A stretch of 60,000 nucleotides of DNA from Mobula hypostoma. Taxonomy: Eukaryota. The stretch covers positions 24,678,001 through 24,738,000 of the forward strand of contig NC_086118.1 of the NCBI RefSeq assembly GCF_963921235.1, given 5' to 3'. Each line of letters opens with the position of its first letter. The stretch's first letter is position 1. The notes beneath the pieces are model-generated. The model worked only from the letters and a program-made list of their open reading frames with translations. It ran no database searches and was not told the origin of the DNA. Positions 1 to 12,319 of the stretch are shown here, in pieces. The position numbers and the translations under genes are program-made.

Positions 1-2747
1 TCCTCATCAAAAGAGACAGACAGACAGAGCACAATTGTTCCAATGCAGAGGCCTCTGATAGTTGCATGTTCTGTCCTGATGTTCCAATCGCCACGATGTT
101 CTGGTTGGTGACACTGTCGAGGAATCACGTCAGCACCCTGAAGGCCACGAAGGCACACGTCTTCCAGGCCTTGAAAACAGCCGGTCACCGAGCTCTGGAA
201 GTGGGAACTCACGACTGTATAGAATCACAGTTTGAAAGCTGTTTGATCACAGACTTCAACGGAATCCCAGCCTCCTTGTAAAGGACAAAAGAGACGTTAA
301 AGAGAAGAATTTGAGATGTTTGACAGATTGAACTCGAATAAGTCACCTTCTGGTACCATCTTAGCTCCTCCCTTAGCGTGTGGGAACATTTTAAAAATGG
401 ATTAATATAGGATGGGGGAAAACAAGTGGTTTATATTCAGCATGGAATCAATGGGCTGAAAGGCCTCTTACCATACTCAGTCTTTCTATGACTCTAAGGC
501 AATTAAAATTACTAGTGCTCCTCTCAATCTACAATTAGGTTCAAAGTTTAAAACAAAAGTTGGCAGGTCTTCACAAGATGTTTGCAGGCTTTTATGTCAG
601 ACCTTTCATTGAAAACGATCAAAGGAAGAAATATGGATCACATGTGATGCACATTTTGCATTGGGAGTGTCTGAAACATTGGACCTGCCCCAGGTCTGAT
701 TGTGGATATCTTCTGAAGTCGGATTTAAAGGTCTTTCCAATGAATTAAAAGTGCAGGCTCATGTAACTTTCAAAGCTATAAAGTAGTTCAACATTTGAGC
801 GCTGTTTAGGGAAGACATTCTGAATTGAGAGCTATTCACTTTGTGTCAATACTGGCACGCTTCTGTTTATTTTCAGAACTATAAGACTCAAAGAAATTTA
901 ATAATACTGGTAAAATATTGCAGTGGATGATAAAAAGCACATGATGCTGGGCTATAATTTTGGCACTGTATGAAAACACGACAGTCAATGACAATCCCAG
1001 GGCAGCAAATCAAAGAGAACCATTAATTTCAAAGACATAAACTTCATCACAGACAAGAACTAGTGTCTGTACTCACCACCGACCACTGCAGAAGACACAG
1101 ACAGCTGTCTTCTGAATAGATCGGTGCTGATTCATTGCCAGCAGCCAGCCCAATCCAAAATTATCAAGCTCTGAGGATGGCAAAGTATTGGGCCATGTTA
1201 CAGAGCCAAGCAGACAGATCAGGACAATAAACCGTTGACAGCCAATAAAATCATGTTGCTGTCCTTAGCCAGCGAACAAACCTGTTAAAAATTTAAAAGC
1301 CTCCAAATATCCTTGGCATCCAGAAAGATTTAAAAATCATTAAAAATCCTTTGTGCCTTTCTCATACTTTGCTCTCAAACCTCCCTTCACTACCAACATC
1401 CTCATTGGCATCACACCCAGGGCCTGTTTTCTCCTTGATCCAACACCTACAGCATAATCATCTTCCCAAGCAGCTTCCCACCCTTTCCCCTCAGCTCAAT
1501 CTTGCCTGTCTATGAAGCCCTCCCAAACCCCTCCCTCTCCTCCTGACAGAGTGCCTGCCCGTGCCAATGATCAGCTTATCCTGCCCCCGATCCTCTCTCT
1601 GTGTCAGGGATCTGAAATGATGGGGCTTGGTTGTTCAACGGCTGTGCACACTAGGCTTAGTTGGTGCAGTAAAACTGAACGTAGCTGCAGTCGGGGCTTC
1701 GTCCTAAAGTGATGCAGCCCCCAACCCCACACCCAGTGTCAACTCCTAAACTGAAAATCCAAGGGAAAATAGAATTAATCCCTACATCTGTTGATTGGAA
1801 GGGGACACCAGCAGGGATAATGGCAGAAGAGCAATGGCTGGAGTTTCTGGGGGAAATTTGGAAGGTGCAGGAGCGATACATCTGAAAGCTGAAGAGGTAT
1901 CACAAGGGAGGATGAGGCAACCATGGCTGGCAAAAGGAGTCAAAGACAAGATAAAGTGAAAAGAGAGAGCATATCAAAAAGCAAAAGTTAGTGGGAAGTT
2001 CGACATTTGGAAAGCTTTAAAAAACCAACAGAAGGCAATTAAAAAGCCATAAGGAGGGAAAATATGAAATATGAAGGTAAATTAGTCAATAATATAAAAG
2101 AGGATGTCAGAAGTTTTTTCAAATTCGTAAAGAGTAAAAGAGAGGTGAGAGTAAATATTGGACCACTGGAAAATAACACTGGAGAGGTAGTAATGATGAA
2201 CAAAGAAATGGCAGACTAATTTAATAAGTATCTTGCACAGTCTTTACTGTAGAAGACACGTGGAATATACCAGAAATTCAAGTGTGTCAGGGGGCAGAAG
2301 TGAATGTTGATGCTATTGTTAAGGGGTGTTTGGGAAGCTGAAAGATCTGAAGATAGATAAGTCACCTGGACCAGATGTATTGCATCCCAGGGTTCTGAAA
2401 GAGGTAGCTGAAGATATTGTGGAATCATTACTAATGATCTTTCAAGAATCACTAGATTCTGGAATGGTTCCAGAGGACTGGAAAATTGCAAATGTCACTC
2501 CACTCTTCAAGAAGGGGGAGTAGGGGGGAGAAGAAAGGAAATTATAGGCCAGTTAGCCTGACTTCAGTGGCTGGGAAGATGTTGCAGTCCATGATTATGA
2601 ATGAGGTTTTGGGGTATTTGGAGGCATATGATAAAGTAGGTCAAAGTCAGCAAGGTTTCCAAATCTGTTGAAATTCTTTGAGGAAATAATAGGCAAGACA
2701 GACAAAGGAGAGTCAGTGGATGTTGTTTACTTGGATTTTTAGAAGGC

Positions 2748-3344
2748 AATAGACAATAGACAATAGACAATAGGTGCAGGAATAGGCCATTCAGCCCTTC
2801 GAGCCAGCACCGCCATTCACTGTGATCATGGCTGATCATCCACAATCAGTACCCTTCTCCTGCCTTCTCCCCATATCCCTTGACTCCGCTATCTTTAAGA
2901 GCTCTATCTAACTCTTTCTTGAAAGAATCCAGAGAATTGGCCTCCACTGCCTTCTGAGGCAGAGCATTCCACAGAACCACAACCCTCTGTGTGAAAAAGT
3001 TTTTCCTCATCTCCATTCTAAATGGTCTACCCCTTATTCTTAAACTGTGGCCTCTGGTTCTGGACTCCCCCAACATCAGGAACATGTTTCCTGCCTCTAG
3101 CGTGTCCAATCCCTTAATAATCTTATATGTTTCAATCAGATCCCCTCTCATCCTTCTAAATTCCAGTGTATACAAGCCCAGTCGCTCCAATCTTTCAACA
3201 TATGACAGTCCCGCCATCCCTGGAATTAACCTTGCGAACCTACGCTGCACTCCCTCAATAGCTAGAGTGTCCTTCCTCAAATTTGGAGACCAAAACTGTA
3301 CACAATACTCCAGGCGTGGTCTCACCAGGGCCCTGTACAGCTGC
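2748..3344 (-). mobile_element. 5'-truncated CR1 LINE inserted antisense into the older CR1
   Basis: ORF 2846-3370(-) reads LYRALVRPRLEYCVQFWSP...FFTQRVV. (CTATTGT)n tail at 2748-2772. AGAAGGC occurs on both sides (2741-2747 and 3345-3351). Confidence 0.92.
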
Positions 3345-4404
3345 AGAAGGCCTTTGACAAGTTCCTGCACATGAGGCTGCTTAACAAGGTAAGAGCCTAT
3401 GGCATTGTAGGAAGGATACTAGCATAGATTCACTGACAGGAGATGAAGAGTGAGAATAAAAGGGGCCTTTTCTGATTGGCTGCCAGTGACTAGTAGTGTT
3501 CTAGAGAGGTCAGTGTTGGGACAGTTTCTTTTCACATTATATATCAATAATTTGGCTGATGGAATTGATAGCTTTGTGGCTAAGTTTGAAGATGATATGA
3601 AGATACTAGATGGAGGGACATCTAGTATCTCCATATCATCTTCAAACTTGCAGTAGAACATAGACAGATTAGGAGAATGGGCAAGGAAATGGCAGAAGCA
3701 ATATAGTGTAGAGAAGTGTATGGTCATGCACTTTGGTAAAAAGAATAAAGGTGTAGACTATTTTCTAAATGGGGAGAAAATTCAAAACTCAGATGTGCAA
3801 AGAGACTTGAGAGTCCTTGTGCAGGATTCCCTAAAGGTGAACTTGCAGGTCGCGTCAGTGGTAAGGAAGGCAAATTCAATGTTAGCATTTATTTTGGGAG
3901 GTCGAGAATATAAGAGCAAGGATGTAATGCTGAGGCTATATAAGGCATTGGCCAGACCGCATTTGGAGTACTGTGAGCATCTTTGGGCCCCTTATCTAAG
4001 AAACAATGTGCTGGCATTGGTGACAGTCCAGAAGAGGCTCATGAGAATGTTTTTGGGAATGAAAGGTTAACGTATGCGAAGAGCGTTTGATGGCTCTGGA
4101 CCTGTACTCGCTGGAATTTAGAAGAATGAGGGTGGTCTCATTGATACGTATTGGCTTTTGAAAGATCAGGATAGAGTGGATGTGGGGAGCATATTTCCTA
4201 AAGTGGGTGAGCCCAGGACCAGAGGACACAGACTCAGAATAAAATGATGTCCATTTAGAACAAGAGATGAGGAGGAGTTTCTTTACCCGAGGGGAATGAA
4301 TCTGTGGAGTTCATTGCCATAGAAGGCTGTGGAGGCCAAGTCATTGAGTATATTTAAAGCGGAGATTGATAAGTCTTTGATTAGTCAGGGCATCAAAGGT
4401 TTCA

Positions 4405-4535
4405 AGGGATGAGACGTGTATGGAGGGATATGGTCTGTGTACAGGTCAGTGGGACTAGGTAGAAAATGGTTCGGCACAGCCAAGAAGGGCCAAAAGGCCT
4501 GTTTCTGTGCTGTAGTTTTTCTATGGTTTCTATGG
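4405..4535 (+). mobile_element. Short CR1 3'-end fragment nested in the tail of the host CR1
   Basis: Matches the reverse complement of the 3' end of the CR1 at 23614-24187 (GGTTCGGCACAGCCAAGAAGGGCCAAAAGGCCTGTTTCTGTGCTGTAG). Ends in a TTTCTATGG repeat. Confidence 0.8.
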
Positions 4536-4959
4536 TAAGGCAGAAAATGGGGTTGAGAGGGATAATAGACCAGCCATAATGGAACAGCAGAGCAGACACG
4601 TGGGCTAAATGGCCTTATTCTGCTCTTATGTCTTATGGTCGATGGTGTTATTTGTCACGGACGGATTCTTTCCAGCAAAAACTAAACACGTGATTCTTGA
4701 ACACCACCTTAAATGTTAACTTCCTCCTCAAATTAAAGAATGCTGAAAACCATTTTCTTTTTTGGAATGACTGTGAATAAGATCACATAATTCAGTTGAA
4801 TTGTATTTTAAATCAAATAGTGCGTCATGAAGTCCACTCACTTACTGAGCCATCAAGGTAGTAGACTACTTTCTTAATTGCAAGAAGTACAAATAATAGG
4901 GTTAATTTAGAAGATTGGGGATATTGTAAAATTGATCTGAAGCAGACACCGCAAAAACA

Positions 4960-5170
4960 GAGAACATGCTGCTGATCTGCTGAGCATTTGCACATGCTCA
5001 GTCGTTCAGCTGCATCTGACGATGGAGAAATAAACTTAACATTTCAGGTTGATGACCCGGTGAAATCACTCAAGAAACACCATTAACTGAAGCATTAAAG
5101 TTGTGTGTCTCTCTCTGAAAAAGCTGCCTGATCTGATGAGGATTTTCAGCTACTATTTTTATTTCAGCTT
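4960..5170. repeat. Degenerate Penelope-derived terminal-repeat fragments
   Basis: GCTGCTGATCTGCTGAGCATTT and GCTGCCTGATCTGATGAG...TTCAGC resemble the terminal repeat at 18300-18362. Confidence 0.5.
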
Positions 5171-6296
5171 AATAGATGAGCGCAGTAGGCGTCCAAATTG
5201 TTAATGGTAAACTAGACTGTAAAGAGGAAGAGCTGGTTATTTAACTGTTAATTCACAGAAGAAATAAAAAACAAGAAGAAAACAAGGTAATATCAGAAAA
5301 CTTTTGGTAAGCAACACTACAACATGAGAAACAACTGCTCTTATTTGGAACCCGTTGTGAATGTTTGAAGTATTTGTCTCTCAAACCATGACCTTCAAAC
5401 TTCGTAAATTAAATGCAGAAAACTTTTCTGCTGTTTCAGGTGCTGGGTGGGGAGAACTGTGATTTAAATCTAGAATGTTCAAATGTTTTCTTCTAATATT
5501 TGACGTTTTCTTTGTTTGGCTCTTTACCTCCTATAACATTCCAACACAGTGCCAATAAACCTGAAGAGGATTTACTCCGGCAGGGATAACTTCCTGTTCA
5601 AAGTGTTTCCAATATGAAAAACAAATGGCTTTAATTACTAGCACAAAAAAACTCCAGAGAAATTAGCTGGGATTTTGTTTCAAGAAATATTGCTTGTTGA
5701 ACAAACTATCCAGGTGTACCAAGGTTGCCTTCTGTCTCAGTAACTCAAAGGTAACAGAGCAAGAGCATATGAATTTACATCGTGTTATGTCAGACGGCAA
5801 AGTTGCACATGTGTCTGTACTAGTAGACTTGTGACATCCTTCCTGAATAATCAGTTCCGCAGACTTCCAGTTCCTTCTACTAAACTGGCGCCACGTTGTA
5901 CAGAAAAAAGGCTGGAAGTTATCTTGATTTATCACTGATGAAATTATTCATTCGATTTCACTTCTCATCCCATCTTCCCAGACATTCATCTCCTCCACAA
6001 TTTCAACTACCTGTTTAGAACAGGACACCATATTAGGCAGCTAAATTTCACAGCTTTACTTCACATCTGCTTGAGTATTTGGGTCAAAAGCACTGCTTAA
6101 TATTTAAAACAGGCCTTCCTAATTCTGCAGTCTGCGTCAAGTCAGAAAGGAATTAGATTTAAATGATCTCGTCAACTCTGTCAACAAATAATAAACCCAC
6201 GGTACTCAAAGTATTTTTTAATATATTTCTTACAATGGAAAAGATTGTTTCATCCACTAAATCTATGCTTGGTCTTACCGCATTCCCATCAACCAA

Positions 6297-6983
6297 GGGG
6301 AGGAGAAGAAGGCGGCGCAATGCAGCGTGCACGGCCGCTCCAAATTGATATCGTATTTGTTAAATAGGGGCCATGCACAATCCTGATTTGATGGAGACGG
6401 ACGTGAGAAGCAAGGAGGAACATCTGGAGAAACTTCCGAAATGCCTGCTTTGCTGCCGCTGCTACTGTGCGATTGAGAATCTCCGGAGGGGAAGGCCCCA
6501 AATCCTCAGCTTTGCCTATTTCCTGTTGCCGGGGCCGGGGTCGAAGTGCTTGGCAGAGATGGTGCTCAGTGCTCGGTGTCGGAGGGCTGGTCGGAGGCTT
6601 GAAGTTTTCGAACGGACTCAGAGTCGGACTGTGGTCAGGTACTTCCAGGATGCTGCATCGGCAAGTTTGCGGCGCTGGAAGCTAATGGCAGGGAGAGCTT
6701 CTCCCTTCTACGGTCTGCGTGAGATGATGGGACTTTCGAGAGACTTTGAGACTTTTTTTTACCATGCCCATGGTCTGTTCTTCATCAAATTACAGTATTG
6801 CTTTGCACTGTTGTAGCTATATGTTATAATTATGTGGTTTTTGTCAGTTTTTTTCTGTCTTGGTTTGTCTTTTGTTTCTGTGATATCATTTTGGAGGGAC
6901 AAATTGTATCATTTCTTAATGCATGCATTACTAACTGACAATAAAAGAGGACTGCGTGTCCTCGTAATCTGATCTAATCTAAC
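6297..6983 (+). mobile_element. ~690-bp non-autonomous retroposon, copy 1
   Basis: Colinear with 50477-51164 along its whole length. Starts GGGGAGGAGAAGAAGGCGGCG and ends AATAAAAGAGGACTGCGTGTCCTC followed by an (AATCT)n tail. Confidence 0.85.
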
Positions 6984-7069
6984 CTCATATTTATTTCTTT
7001 ATCATGAATCTTCTCTGATATTCGCATCAATTTTTTCCCTGACACTTTGCACAAGGATAAACCAGATAT

Positions 7070-7425
7070 CTTCCCTGAGGATTGTCACCTTGTCACGGAG
7101 GAGAGGCTTGTGAGTTCCTGTGATCCTGGGCGTGATGCCATCTGGAGCTCAGATCCTGGTAGGGTCACCCCTGGCAGTAAAGTCAAGGGGGAGGTTCCAG
7201 ACAATGAATGATCAAACCAAGAGCTCCACATTGGAGCTGGCAGAAGATGGTGACACATCACAACGGCAGTGAAGGCAGAGGAAAGCTGCTGCAGTGAAGG
7301 GTCCCCAGTGGCCTTGCAGTCCATGACACCAGTCCCTAGCTCCAACCTATCAAGCACTGCCCATGCATCGGTCCCTCATCGTTAAATAAAGTCATGCACA
7401 GGCATTCTCTGTTAAGAGAATAACC
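7070..7425 (+). mobile_element. Probable RTE-clade LINE 5'-region fragment
   Basis: CTCAGATCCTGGTAGGGTCACCCCTGGCAGTAAAGTCAAGGGGGAGGTTCCAGAC resembles 5' segments of fish RTE (Expander/Rex3-type) elements. No coding motif left. Confidence 0.45.
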
Positions 7426-7433
7426 ACTTCGGA

Positions 7434-8174
7434 CAGGGGTCCCCAACCTTTTTTGCACCGTGGATTGGTTTAATATTGACAATATTCTTGCGGACCGGCC
7501 GACCAGGGTGGGAGGGGTGGTGTTCAAGTAGGGTTAAACTCACCTCAACATGTCTTTTACAGTTAGGGTTGCAAACTTTCTCATTCCCAAATAAGGGACA
7601 AAAGTAGCAGTCAAATACGGGACACTTGTGTTTACCCCAAGAAGGACTACCATGACCACGAAGCCTTGCGCGGGCACCTGTGTGCGCATGTGCCGATTTT
7701 TTTTCCCACGAATCCGTTTTGGCTTAATCTTCCTGACTACACTAAACATACATTATTTCTACTTTATATAGGCTGTGTATTTATCATATCATTCCTGTTT
7801 TTACCATATGTTACTGTTATTTTAGTTTTTATGTGTTATTTGGTATGATCTGGTAGGTTATTTTTTGGGTCTGGGAACGCTCAAAAATTTTTCCCATGTA
7901 AATTAATGGCAATTGCTTCTTCACTTTACGCCATTTCGGCACGAACGGTTTCATAGGAACGCTCTATCTTAGCGGGGGAAATACGGGACAAAGGCGGTCC
8001 CATATGGGACAAACCAATTTAGCCCAATATACGGGATGTTCTGGCAAATACGGGACAGTTGACAAGCCTACGTTCAAGTGCGTGACAGGGAATGAGGAAA
8101 GGTGCAACTGACTCATATTGTTTCCTCGCGGCCCGGTAGCACATGCTTTGCGGCCCGGCGGTTGGGGACCGCTG
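7434..8174. mobile_element. Composite non-autonomous hAT-type DNA transposon (MITE)
   Basis: TIRs CAGGGGTCCCCAACC / GGTTGGGGACCGCTG. 8-bp flanks ACTTCGGA / CCTTAGGA match at 6 of 8 positions. An inner element at 7564-8070 has its own TIRs, TAGGGTTGCAAACT / AGTTGACAAGCCTA, and repeated subterminal GGGAC motifs. Confidence 0.82.
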
Positions 8175-9798
8175 CCTTAGGAGAACATCATAATCGACTC
8201 AGGTAGTTGCACTACTACTAGACATAAATTACGGCTGTCAGCTAGCCTAAAAACAGAACACAATTTTAGGCCGAGTTTAGGCCTGCTACGTTGTGCCTCA
8301 TAGACAGAGTGGCAACTTTCAGCATCTTACTCATTCCCTATTCCACAGGAGTGTACACATGTTACATGCACCCAGAAGTTGAAATGAATTTCTGAAAGCT
8401 TGCTTCTATTGCCTGCCAACTCAACATTGCAATTTGATACCTTTAGTTCATGGAGCACACATAAGCCTTTAAATGTTTTGAGATTAAAGGCACAAAGTCT
8501 TGGAAGTACTTATATTTGTCTGCATGTTTAGGTGCTGAGATCTAAAACCTATCAGCACGCTCAGAGAGAAGAGGAGGGCCAACATTCCACATGAAGACTG
8601 ATTAGCAAGACCACCTTCTGATGGAGAATGCTGAAACGTTTGCTGTACTTCCCACAGAAATCACAGAATCACAGACATGTCACAGCACGGGAAGAATACA
8701 CTTAGCCCATGAGCTTGTGTAAGAATGATCAGCTTGTCCCACTCACCTGACCACTGCACAAAGCAAAATCTTCCTGATTATTTATCCTGTAATCTTTTGA
8801 AAGCTATAAATGCACCTGCTTCAAAAATTACACCTAGATTATCCCAAGGAGAAGTTTTCATTACGTAAAATAGTCTTTACTCCTAACATTTTTATATATT
8901 TGATGATCAAATTCAATATACAAACACGGGCAAATAGAACTAGCATAGAAGGCATCTTGGGTTCCTTGGACAAGTTGGCCGATGGGCCACTTTCTGTGCA
9001 GCCTGACTTAGTGACTGGATGGCAAAATTCATTCATATTCTCTGGTTTTTGGCTTTACTGCACATGGGAACAGCATCTCCCTATCTGCTCTGTTTAAACA
9101 CCTTTATTAGATCCCCTCCTTGCCTTCTCCAAGAGAGATACTTGAAGCGTGGTCAATATTTAATGCTAAGGTCCAGACAGTGCCCAAAACAAAACTAGAA
9201 TATTGTTCCTGCAGAGTTTTACTGAGGGCAAAGACACAGACATCAGTATTTAGGTTAGAAAGATAGCTGAGAGTAGTGGTTGAAAGGGGAGTTAAACAAG
9301 CTTCTAAAGAAGTAATTGAACCAAGAATTGTAAATTCTGTTTAGTCCTTTGGATTAAATGCTCTTTTAATAGAATATTTGAGGTCAAATATATGAAAGTG
9401 TAATCAACAGAGCCTGAAAACATAAAAAACTGAAAACCTGAAATAATGGAAATAATCAAAAGCAATAAGGAAGTGGAGAGAGAAGCATATCTAACGTCAA
9501 CGACCTTTCATCATTGTCTGCCTAATACAGCCCTATTTTTGTTTGACTATTTTCACTCAGTTTTGAACTGAAATATTAAACCAGTTTCTCTCATTTTAGA
9601 CGGTGCCAAACCTGCTGAGTGTTTCCCCACTTCCTGCATTCAACCGAGATTAGTTGTATAGTTGCGAGTTCTAGTAAATGAATTGAAGAAGTCTGTGAAA
9701 ACAGAATGAATGTTTTCCAAGAGATCAGAATCAGGTTTATTATCACCGGCATGTGTCGTGAAGTTTGTTAACTTAGCAACAACAGTACCATGCAATAC

Positions 9799-10519
9799 AT
9801 GGCAAGATACTTGGTAGTGTGGAGGAGCAGAGGGATCTCGGGGTACATGTCCACAGATCCCTGAAAGTTGCCTCACAGGTGGATAGGGTAGTTAAGAAAG
9901 CTTATGGGGTGTTAGCTTTCATAAGTCGAGGGATAGAGTTTAAGAGTCGCGATGTAATGATGCAGCTCTGTAGAACTCTGGTTAGGCCACACTTGGAGTA
10001 CTGTGTCCAGTTCTGGTCACCTCACTATAGGAAGGATGTGGAAGTATTGGAAAGGGTACAGAGGAGATTTACCACGATGCTGCCTGGTTTAGAAAGTATG
10101 CTTTATGATCAGAGCTTAAGGGAGCTAGGGCTTTACTCTTTGGAGAGAAGGAGGATGAGAGGAGACATGATAGAGGTGTACAAGATAATAAGAGGAATAG
10201 ATAGAGTGGATAGCCAGCGCCTCTTCCCCAGGGCACCACTGCTCAATACAAGAGGACATGGCTTTAAGGTAAGGGGTGGGAAGTTCAAGGGGGATATTAG
10301 AGGAAGGTTTTTTACTCAGAGAGTGGTTGGTGCATGGAATGCACTGCCTGAGTCAGTGGTGGAGGCAGATACACTAGTGAAGTTTAAGAGACTACTAGAC
10401 AGGTATATGGAGGAATCTAAGGTGGGGGCTTATATGGGAGGCAAGGTTTGAGGGTCGGCACAACATTGTGGGCCGAAGGGCCTGTACTGTGCTGTACTAT
10501 TCTATGTTCTATGTTCTAT
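9799..10519 (+). mobile_element. 5'-truncated CR1 LINE, same subfamily as 53290-56187
   Basis: ORF 9819-10451 (EEQRDLGVHVHRSLKVASQVDRVVKKAYG...) is nearly identical to the end of ORF 55181-56029. (GTTCTAT)n tail. Confidence 0.95.
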
Positions 10520-12055
10520 AACATAAAAAGAAAATAAATAAATTACAGTAAGTATATGTGTGCATGTGTATATATAGATTAAATAGATTAAAAATAGTGC
10601 AAAGACAGAAGAAATATATATTAAAAAAAAGAGAGGTAGTGTTCATGGGTTCAATGTCCATTTAGGAACCGTATGGCAGCGGGGAAGAAACTTCCTGAAT
10701 CACTGAGTGTGTGCCTTCGGGCTTCTGCACCTCCTTCCTGATGTTTACAAAGAGAAGAGGGCATGCCCCATTTGATGAGGGACCTTAATAATGAACGTCA
10801 CCTTTCTGAGTCACCACTCCTTGAAGACAGCTTGGATACTATGGAGGCTGGTACCCAAGATGGAGCTGACTATTCCTACTACTTTTTGTAGCTTCTTCCG
10901 GTCTTGTGCAGTAGCTCCCACCCTCCCCTCCCCCGCCCCCCACAATACCAGACAGTGATGCAGCCTGTCAGAAAGCTCTCGACAGTACATCGAGAGAACT
11001 TTTCAAGTGTTTTAGGTGACAAACCAACTCCCTTCAAACTCCGAATGAAATATACTTGCTGTCTTGCCTTCTTTGTAGCTGCATCAATATGTTGGGACCA
11101 GGTTAGATCCTCAGAGATCTCAACACCCAGGAACTTGATATTTCTCACTCTCTCCACCTCTGATCCCTCTATGAGCATTGGTTCATGTTCCTTCATATTA
11201 CCCTTCCTGAAGTACACAATCAGCTCTTTTATCTTATTGACGTTGAGTGCAAGGTTTTTGCTGCAATACCACTCAACTAGTTGGTATATTTCGCTCCTGT
11301 TCACCCTCTCATCTCCATCTGAGATTCTACCAACAATGGTTGTATCATCAGCAAATTAATAGATGGCATTCGAGCTGTACCTAGCCACAGAGTCATGGAT
11401 ATAGAGGGAGTAGAGCATTGGGCTAAGCTCACACCCCTGAGGTGCACCAGTGTTGTTGGTGTAGGGTTCTCAGTAATACTAGATGGACTGTTAGCTATTA
11501 ATCGCTTATTACCAAAATGGCTTCTCTGAAGCGTTATATTAACTGGCTGTTAACTGCTGAGCAAGGGGTTCTCTGTAACAGCAATGTTTGGGTTATACTT
11601 AGTGATAATGGAAGCTATATTCATTTGCTAGCCTATGGAAGTCATGTTGTGTTATCTTGTATATATGTGCTGAGTTGAGGAGCGCGGGCTTTTTCCAGAG
11701 GCAAGCAGAGAGGACGGACGTGCAAGGAACGAACAGCGGTTCCAGGGCGGCAGATACTGGACCTCGGGGGTTCGGATGGTGGCCAGAGTCTCAGAAGGAC
11801 ATTGTGGATGGAATCAGAGGCGTGAGCTCCAATGTATTAAAATATTATATTCACAAGACTGATAAGTTACTTATGTGGCGCCTTTTCTTTTAGTTGTTGC
11901 TACTAACCCATCACCAAAATTTGCTACGAAGTATAATTCTTTACGCGCACTTGGTATATTGTTTGATATTTGTGTCGTGGCTATTCATTGGGTGCCTCAC
12001 ACCATTCCGCACCAAAAGCATTTGCACTGTTTGGTGGAGTCGACGACTATTCACC

Positions 12056-12287
12056 TGCAGTAAACCATATATATGTTGTAACTGGGTTAACTGTCTGGAC
12101 ATGCGCCTCTGCTGACTGCCCCTGTGGCTCCTCCCACAGTTTCCTGTATAAAGGTGATTCCGCCTTGCCCCTCCCCATCAGTCCAGGGGCAGACACTCAC
12201 CATGGAGGTCGTATTGTTGTACAGCGAATAAAAGCCTTCCAGTATTTTACCCAACCACAGTCTTTTGGAGTTATTGAAGGTGCTTCA
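12056..12287 (+). repeat. 5' LTR of the Gypsy element
   Basis: TG...CA ends. TATAAA at 12147-12152, Inr-like TCAGTC at 12178-12183, AATAAA at 12227-12232. Roughly 90% identical to the 3' LTR by eye, with many differences at CpG sites. Confidence 0.95.
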
Positions 12288-12319
12288 ATTTTATTCGCTG
12301 TACATTTTAAAGCATAGAA

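Larger units (their letters stand above)
1790..4645 (+). mobile_element. Degenerate CR1-clade LINE (3' part of ORF2 with RT, plus 3' UTR), interrupted by two younger CR1 fragments
   Basis: Broken ORFs with CR1 motifs: DKSPGPDVLHPRVLKE, VPEDWKIANVTPLFKKG, GNYRPVSLTS, LYKALARPHLEYC. 3' tail GGCCTTATTCTGCTCTTATGTCTTATGGTC near 4611-4640. Many stops and frameshifts. Confidence 0.9.

Noticed and set aside
2748..2772. Short periodic repeats (CAATAGA)n, also (GTTCTAT)n and (GACTT)n elsewhere, as CRISPR-like arrays
   Set aside because: These are LINE 3' microsatellite tails with no spacers, in eukaryotic DNA.
6373..6816. 147-aa ORF, and a 149-aa counterpart at 50555-51004, as a novel gene
   Set aside because: Both lie in copies of the same repeat, and indels shift the frames relative to each other, so the peptide is not conserved along its length.
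9151..9237. HNF1/HNF4-like motifs as a distal liver enhancer
   Set aside because: The matches are imperfect and expected by chance in 60 kb.
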